64,000 bases of DNA. Source: the human T2T-CHM13v2.0 reference genome, Homo sapiens. Of this stretch, positions 1-15,390 are shown piece after piece. The notes beneath the pieces were generated by a model, which had not been told where the DNA came from, did not search any database, and saw nothing but the letters and a program-made list of their open reading frames with translations. The translations under genes and the position numbers were made by a program. The stretch is from the NCBI RefSeq assembly GCF_009914755.1, contig NC_060931.1, one strand, 5' to 3'. Every line of letters begins with the position of its first letter. The first letter of the stretch is position 1.

Positions 1-159
1 TACTGTCACCATGTGGGATGCAAGGTGCAAGCCAAGTTGCCCCCACCATACAGAGAGGTTCATTTCCTATAAATGCACATGAGACGTGTTCCAGGACAGT
101 CTCTCCTTCTAAGAAGCCAGCACCACTTGTATGTATAGAGTAAGGAGGGTGGCACAGAG

Positions 160-380
160 GGAAAAGCATAAGGTTTAGAAGCAGACACACCTGACTCAAA
201 CCACAGCTTTGCTACTTCATTCATGCAGCTATTCATTCATTCAGAAACTTATCCAGAGTGCTCACTGTTCCAGGCATAACAACAAGGGAGATGACACTGT
301 GGATTTTCCAAGTTAACTTGGATGATTCAGTAACTTCTCTCAGCCTCAATTTCTCATCTATGAAATAGAATGAATGATAT
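160..380 (+). mobile_element. MIR 5' part, interrupted by a short L2 3'-end fragment (~230-276); MIR resumes after the L1 at ~7100-7140
   Basis: MIR core cagcctcaatttctcatctatgaaatag before the L1 and acttacttcacaggttg after it; L2-like attcattcattcagaaacttatccagagtgctcactg. Confidence 0.6.
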
Positions 381-1642
381 GGGGGGATCTGGCAAGACAG
401 CTGAATAGGAATAGCTCTGGTCTGCAGCTCCCAGTGAGACCAACGCAGAAGGTGGGTGATTTCTGCATTTCCAACTGAGGTACCCTGTTCATCTCATTGG
501 GACTAGTTAGGCAGCGGGTGCAGCCCACAGAGGGTGAGCAGAAGCAGGGTGGGACGTCACCTCACCTGGGAAGTGCAAGGAGCAGGGGGCCTCCCTTTCC
601 CAGCCAAGGAAGCTGTGAAGAACTGTGTTATCCGGCCCAGATACTAAGCTTTTCCCAAGGTTCTTGCAATCTGCAGATCAGGAGATTCCCTCGTGTGCCT
701 ACACCACCAGGGCCCTGGGTTTCAAGCACAAAACTGGGAGGCTGTTTGGGCAGACACTGAGCTAGCTGCAGGAGTTTTTTTTTTGTTTGGTTTTTGTTTT
801 TGTTTTCATACCCCAGTGGCACCTGGAACCCCAGCAAGACAGAACCGTTCACTCCCCTGGAAAGGAGGCTGAAGCCAGGGAGCCAAGGGACAATCGAGCT
901 TGGTGGGGGGAAGGGCGCCTGCCATTACTGAGGCTTGAGTAGGTGGTTTTCCCCTAACAGTGCTAAAGAGGCCTGGAAGCTCGGACTGGGTGGAACTCAA
1001 CACAGCGTGGCAAAGTGGCTGTGGCCAGACTGCCTCTATAGATTCCTTCTCACTGGGCAGGGCATCTCTGAAAGAAAGGCAGCAGCCCCAGTCAGGGGCT
1101 TATAGATAAAACTCCCATCTCCCTGGGACAGAGCACCTGGGAGAAGGGACGGCTGTGGGCGCAGCTTCAGCAGACTTAAACATTCTTGCCTGCCAGCTTT
1201 GAAGAGAGCAACAGATCCTGACAAGGAGGATTCTCCCAGCACAGTGCTCGAGCTCTGCTAAGGGACAGACTGCCTCCTCAAGTGGGTCCCTGACCCCCAC
1301 ACCTCCTGAGTGGGAAAGATCTCCCAACAGGGGTTGACAGACACCTCATACAAAAGAGCTCCAGCTGGCATTAGCCCAGTGCCCCTCTGGGACGAAGCTT
1401 CCAGAGGAAGGAGGAGGTGGCAATCTTTGCTGTTCTGCAGCCTCCACTGGTGATACCCAGGCAAACAGGGTCTGGAGTGGACCTCAGCCAATTGGAGCAG
1501 ACCTGCAGAAGAGGGGCCTGTTAGAAGAAAAACTAACAAACAGAAAGCAACAACATCAACATCAAAAAAAAAGGACCCCCACACAAAAACCCTATACAAA
1601 GGTCATCAGCCTCAAAGATCAAAGGTAAATAAATCCATGAAG

Positions 1643-2668
1643 ATGAGGAAAAAACCAGCACAAAAATGCTGAAAATTCCAAAAACCAGAATGCCTCTTCT
1701 CCTCCAAATGATCGCAACTCCTCTCCAGCAAGGGCACAAAACTGGACAGAGAATGAGTTTGACAAATTGGCAGAAATAGGCTTCAGAAGGTGGATAATAA
1801 CAAATTCCTCTGAGCTAAAGGAGTATGTTCTAACCCAATGCAAAAAAGCTAAGAACCTTGACAAAAGGTTACAGGAACTGCTAACTAGAATAACCAGTTT
1901 AGAGAAGAACACAAATGACCTGATGGAGCTGAAAAACACAGGATGAGAACTTCGTGAAGCATACACAAGTATCAATAGCCAAATCAATCAAGCAGAAGAA
2001 AGAATATCTGAGATTGAAGATCAACTTACTGAAATAAGGTGTGAAGACAAGATTAGAGAAAAAAGAATGAAAAGGAACGAACAAAGCCTCTAAGAAATAT
2101 GGGACTCTGTGAAAAGACCAAACCTACGATTGACTGAGTGTCCCTGAAAGTGACAGGAGAATGGAACCAAGTTGGAAAACACACTTCATGATATTATCCA
2201 GGAGAACTTCCCCAACCTAGCAAGACAGGCCAACATGCAAATTCAGGAAATATAGAGAACACCACGAAGATACTCCTTGAGAAGAGCAACCCCAAGACAC
2301 ATAATCGTCAGATTCTCCAAGGTTGAAACGAAGGAAAAAATGTTAAGGGCAGCCAGAGAGAAAGGTCAGGTTATCTACAAAGGGAAGCCCACAGACTAAC
2401 AGCAGATCTCTCTGCAGAAACTCTACAAGCCAGAAGACAGTGAAGGCCAATATTCAATATTCTTAAAGAAAAGAATTTTAAACACAGAATTTCATATCCA
2501 GCCAAACTAAGCTTCATAAGTGAAGGTGAAATAAAATCCTTTACAGACAAGCAAATGCTAAGAGATTCTGTCACCACCAGGCCTGCCTTACAAGAGCTCC
2601 TGAAGGAGGCACTAAATATGGAAAGGAAAAACCGGTACCAGCCACTGCAAAAACATACCAAAATATAA
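1643..2668 (+). pseudogene. L1 ORF1 remnant (frameshifts and stops)
   Basis: ATG at 1643, NSKNQNASSPPNDRNSSPARAQNWTENEFD-like start, in-frame TGA near 1944, end ...caaaaacataccaaaatataa. Confidence 0.85.
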
Positions 2669-2731
2669 AGACCAACAACACTATGAAGAAACTGCATCAA
2701 CTAATGTGCAAAATAACCAGCTAGCATCATG

Positions 2732-6845
<4,114 letters not shown>

Positions 6846-7340
6846 ACAATGAAAACACATGGACACAGGGAGGGGAACATCATACACCAGGGCCTGCCAA
6901 GGGGTCGGGGGAAAGGGGAGGGAGAGCATTAGGACAAATACCTAATGCATGCGGGGCTTAAAACCTAGATGACGGGTTGATAGGCACAGCAAACCACCAT
7001 GGCACATGTAAACCTATGTAACAAACCTGCATGTTCAGCACATGTATCCCAGAACTTAAAGTAAAATAAAAATTTAAAAAAAGAAATTTACAACAAAATA
7101 GAATGAAATTACTTACTTCACAGGTTGCAGGTTCTCATGAAGAAGGAAACATGGATACAGTTTCTGGCATATATCAAATTTTTTTATATTATGGATTTAA
7201 ATTATGTAATGTCCCATTTTGCATTGTTACTTGAGATTTTTTAAAGTGGAAATTATCTATTTACAACAACCTATGATAATGTCATTCTTATCACAATTCC
7301 TTGAGTAGACATCTCTCTCCCACTAAAAGATTAAACTTCC

Positions 7341-7638
7341 ACTGGGAACAATGGCTCACACCTGCAATCCCAGCTACTCAGAAGGCTGAAGTGGGAAGAT
7401 CATTTGAGGCCAGGAGTTCAAGACCAGCCTGGGAAACAGCAGGACCCTATCTCTACAAAAAATTTTTTTTAAACTTAACCAGGCATGATAGCAAGCACCT
7501 GAAGTCCCAGTTACTCAGGAGGCTAAGGTGGGAGAATAGCTTGAACCCAGGAGTTCAAGGCTACAGTGAGCTGCGATCATGCCATTGCACTCCAGCCTGA
7601 GTGACAGAATGAGGTCATCTCTATCAAAAAATTAAAAA
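7341..7638 (+). mobile_element. AluJ
   Basis: Diverged dimer; TSD aaaagattaaac. Confidence 0.88.
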
Positions 7639-7742
7639 AGATTAAACGTCTACTCACTTAAACTCATTAGATGGAGGTTTCAGAAACTTTAGTGTTTGAA
7701 ACTCAAGTTGCGAATGTTACAGGTACATCATGACATGGTGTG

Positions 7743-7780
7743 GCTCCAGTGGCGCAATCGGTTAGCATGCGGTACTTATA
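7743..7780 (+). pseudogene. tRNA-Ile(TAT) 5'-half retrocopy (tailless)
   Basis: GCTCCAGTGGCGCAATCGGTTAGCATGCGGTACTTATA is the first 38 nt of tRNA-Ile-TAT with two CpG-type changes. No 3' half, B box or poly-A; gacatgg on both sides. Confidence 0.88.
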
Positions 7781-8272
7781 GGACATGGCTCCCTGCTCCA
7801 TGGAAGAGCCCCACAGCACACAGGCCTGGCCGTCCACTTCATCGCTGTGACCTGGGTTCTTTGCTTTGCCTCTCAGGACTGGATGGGGCTTCAATGGGTC
7901 TCACCCATGACCTGATGTAGTTTAAAGGGGGGTGACCGGGTGTTTGTAGCTGAAGAAAAATAAATTTTGTGTTTGTTGCTGAGGGGAACAAAGGCCCACA
8001 GCCTGACACCTGTTCCCTGAGGAGGCATAAAAGAAACCTGGGGAAAGGAGAATGGTTGGTATCAGTGCACAAACTACAGACCTACCCATCACGCCGCTAA
8101 GCAGTAACAGAGGCACAGGGAGTGACACCAGGTGGCTGGCCCCGGCAGGGATGGGATGCCCTTAGAGGACTCCAAGTCAACCTTAGAAAAGAGGGTGTGG
8201 GGATCAGGAAGCTTATCCTCAGCACATGCATGCCACCTATGTGAATGGAGGAAATAAAAAAATAGCAAGGGA

Positions 8273-8694
<422 letters not shown>

Positions 8695-9328
8695 TTAAAG
8701 GTTGTGGAGAATTAAATCATAAACCTTTCATCTCTGTGATGCATGGCTCATCACCATACACGGGGAGGTGCTACCCACTGTGTCATTTTGTCTAATTTGA
8801 GTTTATTAGACCCTGGGCTGGCAAAGCCCAGGAAACTCACATGACAGATGCTATGTGAATGTATGTTAGCTATCACTGTGCGTTTAGTAGACTGGACTTT
8901 TCTTAGGGAAACTGAAGGCAGATTTAATCTTTAGGAAAAAAGAGAATTCACCAAGGTAATAATGTTTGAGTATTCCCTTGAAAACTGAGAAGCTGGCCAT
9001 CTACAATAGGAACCCCAGGAGAGTCTATGGCTGTGTTTATAAAAGAGGTGAAGACATCAGATGTGTGGGCTTCTCTCTCAGGAAGCAGTGTGAACAGGGT
9101 TCACCATCCCCAAAGGGAGGTTTCTGCAGAAGAGCTGGGAGAACCTCACAAACAGAATAAGGGGAGCAAGGATGGTGTGCTCAGCTCATTCCGAGGGCAG
9201 GAGAAGGAACACACCTCACATCCTAAAGCCGATCTCAACACTCCCTCAAGGATGCTGGTGGGTCTTCCCTGCAACAGCTTTGACTGGCTTGGGTGAAGCC
9301 GCCCACCCCTACCCGCCAAGGCCATTAC

Positions 9329-9461
9329 CTGCTTTCCCTTCACCACGTGCTTGGGTACTGGCACCCTGACCTCCAGGTCAGTATAGTCCTGTGACCAGGT
9401 GTAGTTCTCTCGGACAGCACCATTGTAACTGTCGGGATTTTTCTGGAACTGCTCCTGAATC
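9329..9461 (-). CDS. NUDCD3: NUDCD3 internal coding exon (exon 3 by recollection), 133 bp
   Basis: Minus strand: ttttattctttctcAG|G ATT CAG GAG ... GGA AAG CAG|GTaatg. Translates to (R)IQEQFQKNPDSYNGAVRENYTWSQDYTDLEVRVPVPKHVVKGKQ, matching NudC domain-containing protein 3 as I recall it. Canonical acceptor and donor; phase 2 in, phase 0 out. Confidence 0.97.
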
Positions 9462-9876
9462 CTGAGAAAGAATAAAAAATGTGATCCCAGTCAGCCATGC
9501 CTGAGCAGAGGACCCCATGGGCAGCCTAGCCCATGCCACTCCTACATCCTGGAGACGTGACCAACTCAAGTTTCATCTCAAGTTCACTGGCTCTGGCATC
9601 TGCAAACTCCTCTTCTTTTCAGGTGATTTCCTTTCTGACCCTCCTACATGGTACCCATGGAAATCACAGGACAAGGGCAAAGCTACAGAAAAGAAACCCC
9701 AGTGCAGCATCCTACAGTTTAGGAAAAGTGTCTGTGACCACAGTCAAACCATAGCTGGTACTGCCAGCCTTCACAGTACTGAGATCCAGGCCTGTTAATT
9801 AACCAGAGGGCTCTTATTAATAAAATCCTTAGGCTCATGAGTCCTTGGTTTCTTATAAACTGCTTGGCAGGGTCAA

Positions 9877-9909
<33 letters not shown>

Positions 9910-9910
<1 letters not shown>

Positions 9911-10211
9911 GCCAGGCGTGGTGACTCACACCTGTAATCCCAGCACTTTGGGAGGCCAAGGGCGGGTGAATCACCTGAGGTATGGAGTTTGAAACCAACC
10001 TGGCTAACATGGTGAAACCCTGTCTCTACTAAAAATACAAAAATTAGCTGAGCATGGGAGCACATGCCTGTAATCCCAGCTACTTGGGAGGCTTGGGCAG
10101 GAGAATCGCTTGAACCTGGGAGGCGGAGGTTGCAGGTTGCAGTGAGCCAAGATCACACCATTGCACTCCAGCCTGGGCAACAAGAGCAAAACTCTGCTCA
10201 AAAAAAAAAAA
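9910..10211 (+). mobile_element. AluS (Sq/Sx-like)
   Basis: Alu dimer, internal ggttgca duplication, poly-A tail. Confidence 0.9.
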
Positions 10212-10949
10212 GGCAAAACCACTTCATCCTGCAGCTGCTAAACTTCAATCCTAATCCAACCCCTAGCCTCTATTTTTTCATAGTAAATAAATCACAGCTA
10301 AAAGGACTGCATTAAAATTGTATGCATCATTGTTAAGACATAAGCAGTATGTTTAATGAGACAGCCTAAAAAACTCAATCAAGCAAATCTTATTGTATAG
10401 GCCTGTTATAAACACAGCACTAAATACAGATAGGCCTACCAAGAAGAAGCTGATGTTAAAAATAAAATATAATATTTTCCATAAAATGTAACAATGCTAA
10501 TAATATAAACATTATGTAAGTTTAGACTCACAAGTCCATTATAGTGAACTGAAGATCTAAATTACAGACAAAAGCCTAGTCATGGAGAAGGCAGCAGCTA
10601 TGAACACAGAACATTCCAACAGTAGGTGCATCTCAGTCAACTTCTCCAGGGCCTGCTCAGAGATTAGCAGACAAAACCTGGCAGGGAGACGGCCCCATGG
10701 GCTTGTAAACAATGTGTGCACTATGATCTGGTTCACACAGGAAAACACAAAACTACATGTATCTACATCTATATAGATGCACATACAAGACAAGGATTGG
10801 GAAGGGGTGGTTCAAGAGGGCAGGCTTTCTCTGGCCAGAGTTCTAAGACAAGAACATATTTACCTACTGTGGGTATGCCCTGCACACTGTCTATGCATGA
10901 AGCTGGGCCTCCACCACGGCCTGAGTCCTCTGGGCTGGGCAATAGTGGC

Positions 10950-11374
10950 TGTTAAGAACTGAATTGGGTCCCCTAAAACGCTATGTTGGAATCTTAATCC
11001 CCAGGACCTCAGAATGTGACCTTAATAAAAACAGGGTCTTTACACAGGTGATGCAGTTACAACAAGGTCATTAGGGTGGGCCCTAATCCACTATGACTGA
11101 TGTCCTTAAAAGGGGGACTTTGGAGAGATGACGTGAAGGCCATGTGGAGACAATGGGGTGATGTGCCTATAGGCCAAAAAACGTCAAGGACCGCAGGCCA
11201 CCACCTAAAGCTGGAAGAGGAGAGGGAAGATCTTCCCCTAAGACCTTCAGAGGGAACATGGCCCTGCTGACACCTTGATCTCAGACTTCCCCTCTAGGAA
11301 CTGTGAAGAATCAACATTTTTCGTTTAAGCCGGCCATTTTGTGGTACGTTATTGTGGTAGCCTGAGCAAACACA
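10950..11374 (+). mobile_element. MaLR solo LTR (MLT1B/C-like)
   Basis: gacctcagaatgtgacctta, ggtcattagggtgggccctaatcca, gccctgctgacaccttgatctcagacttcc; 5-bp gtggc on both sides. Confidence 0.85.
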
Positions 11375-12307
11375 GTGGCTAAGGAAACTAATTTCAATCA
11401 GAGGTGATATTCAAAATTCAGCACTGAATATTGGCAGGACTAGGCACTAACCAATCGGAAGAGATGTTAGCCTTAAACTACTCACACAGGCGGGCCACTG
11501 TGGGACAGAGAGATGACATACAGAAACCAGGAGTTACATAGGATTCCTGACTGAATGACATGAGAAAAGAGGGTGGGGGGAAGGAAACTAAAGAATGCTC
11601 AATAGGTTGAAAATGGACAGCAAAAGAAAGATTTAGATGCAACCAATAAACATATTTTCAAAGACTATTTAGTAATATGAAGAAAGCTTTCAATATACCA
11701 TAAAACTGAAAAGTGGGTATTATTACTTTTAAGTATGGTATGACTTTAATTTCTAAGAAGAAATATATAATATACACACAAGTGTGCACATATATATGAA
11801 AAAGACTGAAAGGAAGCACATTAAATTTTTGTGGTTATCTCTGATAGTAGAGTAACAGGAATCTTTCTTCTTTGTACCTAGGTATTATCCAAACTCCCTA
11901 GAATATGTAGACATTTTTATAGCCAAGAGAAAAATGGTTCTCTTTAAAAAATGCTAACAGGAGACAGTGATGCACCCTGCAGCCCCTGTACCCAGGTGCG
12001 GTCCCACGGCCACGGCAGCAGCACTAGCCTGACCCTTGGAGCAGGGTACGAAGGAGTCAGACACAGAGAGGGGGACTCACCCAGACCCCAAGTTTCCACA
12101 GGATCCTTCTAGGTGAGCACTGACAGCAGCTTTAAGACTCATATCTGACATAAATATGCTTAAACATGCAGAGAATATCTCCAAAAGAACAATAGGGTAG
12201 CAGCAGCTACCTTTATGGCTGGAAACTGGAGACTTCTTTTCATTGACACTTTTGTACATACATTACCATTTGAAAAAAGTCAAAATTGTGAAAATATATA
12301 AATAAAA

Positions 12308-12311
<4 letters not shown>

Positions 12312-12365
<54 letters not shown>
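12312..12365. repeat. (CA)27 microsatellite
   Basis: Perfect dinucleotide run. Confidence 0.97.
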
Positions 12366-12369
<4 letters not shown>

Positions 12370-13391
12370 ACCAACATGGCCCCAGCACTTGGCAGAGATC
12401 AGGGAGTAAACATGAAGACTCCTCAAAAGTTGGGAAAAAGAAACGGCTCTCTCAAGAAAGGAGAATGAGTATAATGCCGGGGGATATCCTTGGGGACGCT
12501 GCCGCCAGCAACAGTGCAGTCACTCGGCCTATACCACCAGTGATGCCCACATGGGTTCTGCCTCCTCCAGGGCAAAAGGCTGTCAGTCTCTGCCTTCGAG
12601 TGAGGGGGGACATCTGACACCCTTGCCACTACACGCTGCAGTAAAGCTGTATGCTTTTGGAAAGGGCTCTGATCACACAGAACCTGCCTAACCCCATCCT
12701 CCTGCCGTGTCCTCAGTAGCCCTGGCCTGGCTCCTCTTGCATGGAACCTGCAGATTCCCTCCAAAGGAAGCAGGAGAATCGCTCCTAAAACAGCCCTTGC
12801 AAGTTGTTGGGTGCTTTTTATAGTGCTCTGAATGCACATTCTATTTAAATAAGGTTGATTATTTCCAGCCAACAGTATGTAAAAATAAGCATCCTGTCAA
12901 GTGCAGGTGTCTCTGGCCCCCACTGTGCCACTGTTGGTCACCCCTGCAGCTGCAGGCCTGGGCACATGGTAGGAGGCAGGGGAGGGAGCATCCATGCTTC
13001 AGCACCAAGGGTGGGAGTAGGAAAGTGAGTCAGCAGTCAGGTTGAAGATTATGGAGTAGGTCTCCCTGCAGCTCCCACTCCTGATGAGCTGGGATAACAA
13101 GGTTCTAAATGTGTTAAAGGAAAAACACAGAACAGGCTCTGTTGGGTGCTGTGGGTAGCAGGGCCCTCTGTCTCCTTGGGGATAGGCCAGACCCTTCCTG
13201 GCAGACTGCAGGCCTAGGCGCTCCTGAGTGTGGCAAGCCAGGCACCAGGGTCACCTGCACAGGGAGAGCTAGCAGCACTGCCACCAGGAGTCACTGTCAT
13301 GCAGACAAGCAGTTCCTGAGTAGGTGAGGTTTCTGACCGGGTTCCTGAGACTCATGGTCAGGAAACTGACCTACCCAATCTGCCTGTTTGA

Positions 13392-13734
<343 letters not shown>

Positions 13735-13767
13735 TCCTTCCATTTGTTTTTAAAAACCACAGGATTA

Positions 13768-14054
13768 GGCTAGGCTCACACTTGCAATCAATCTCAGCGA
13801 TTTGGGAGGCCAAAACAGGAGGATTACTTGAGGCCAGGAGTTTGAGACCAGTCTGGGCAACGTAGGAAGACCCATCTCTACAAAAAATTTTAAAATTAGC
13901 CACACATAGTGGCACACACCTGTAGTGCTGGCTACTCGGAGGGTTGAGGTGGGAGAATAGCTTGAGCCCAGGCGTTCAAGGTTATAATGAACTATGATTG
14001 TACCACTGCACTCCAGCCTAGATGACAGAATGAGACCCTGTCTCTAAAACAAAA
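13768..14054 (+). mobile_element. AluJ
   Basis: Diverged dimer, head-to-head with the preceding Alu. Confidence 0.87.
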
Positions 14055-14662
14055 CAGGATCAGACAATTCTGATTTTCAAAAAGCTAGTGGCAAGTATGT
14101 AAAATGAAGAGTAAAAGGAGGTCAAAGACCTAACCTGAAGAGTTTTGTCTAGGAAGCTAGAGCCCCAAACCTATAATAGATTTATAATTCAATGAGACAA
14201 GGGCTGACCTCAAGCTCTTCTCCAGAGAGAGAATGCCTATGATAGGCACTGACTGCCTGACTAAAGGCAAGGTTTGGCTCCCCAAGTCACAGCCAGTGAT
14301 TCCAAAGCGGAGGTGTTTGCACAGAAATGTCAAGCTTGCTGCTCCCCACTTCCCGCCCCCTGGGGCTCAGTGATTGAGGCCCGGTTTGTCAACCCCCTCT
14401 CCACCACCCCAAATACAGCTGTTCTTTCATGTCTCTTGCAATCAATCCTGTCTACCCTTTAAATGTTCACACTCTTAACTACATTGCCCTTAACTACATT
14501 GCGCAAAAGCCACTACTCTGTGCAAAGATGACAACATCCCTGTCACCCTCATCTCCTTCCATTATCCCAGGTGTAAGAGCTGTCATCACACCTCACCACC
14601 TGTTGACCTCACTGTCCCCTCAGGAGAGGTCCCACAACATCTGGGTGCAATGTACATATATG

Positions 14663-15022
14663 TGCTAGGGTCTGAAATGTTTGTGTTCCCCTAAAACGTG
14701 TATCTTGAAATCCTAACCCCGAAGGTGATGGCAGTAGGAGGTAAGGCCTTTAGAAGGTGATTAGGTCATGAGGGTGGAGGCTCTGAGTGGGATTAGTGCC
14801 CTTACATGGAGGCCTCAAAGAGCTTCCTCATCCCTTCCACTATGGGAGGACACCACAAGAAAACAGAGGTCCATGAATCAGGAAGCAGGGCCTCCCCAGA
14901 CACTGAATCTTCTGGTGCCTTGATCTTGGACTTCCAACATCCAGAACTGTGAGAAGTAAATTTCTCACAGAAGCTACCCAGGCTATGCTATTTTGTTATA
15001 GTAGCCCAAATGGACTAGGCCA
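14663..15022 (+). mobile_element. MaLR solo LTR (MLT1A-like)
   Basis: ggtgattaggtcatgagggtggag, ccttgatcttggacttcc, ttttgttatagtagccc; TSD atatg/acatg. Confidence 0.85.
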
Positions 15023-15024
15023 AC

Positions 15025-15390
15025 ATGTGTGTGTGTGTGTATAGTACATGTGTGTGGCATGTGTGCAGTGCACTGTGTGGTAAAAGTATGTGTGCACTAT
15101 ATGTGTGTGTGGGGTACGTGTGTGCATACAATGTGTGTGTGCCACATGCATGCGGCTGGTGCATGTGTACCTGCATGTGCATGTGGGCACATGTACTGTG
15201 TGTGCAGTTTGTGTGTGTGGTGTATGTGTGTGGTGCACATGTGCATGCAATGTGTGTGTGGTGCATGTGGGCATGCAGTGTGTGTGTGCTATGTGCATGT
15301 GTGTGGTATGCATGTATGCACACAGTGTGCATATGCGTGCATAAGGTATAGTATGGGCACGCGGTATATATGTGTGTGATGTACGTGCCA
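15025..15390. repeat. Degenerate (TG)n/(TGCA)n low-complexity tract
   Basis: About 365 bp of mostly alternating purine-pyrimidine. Confidence 0.92.
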
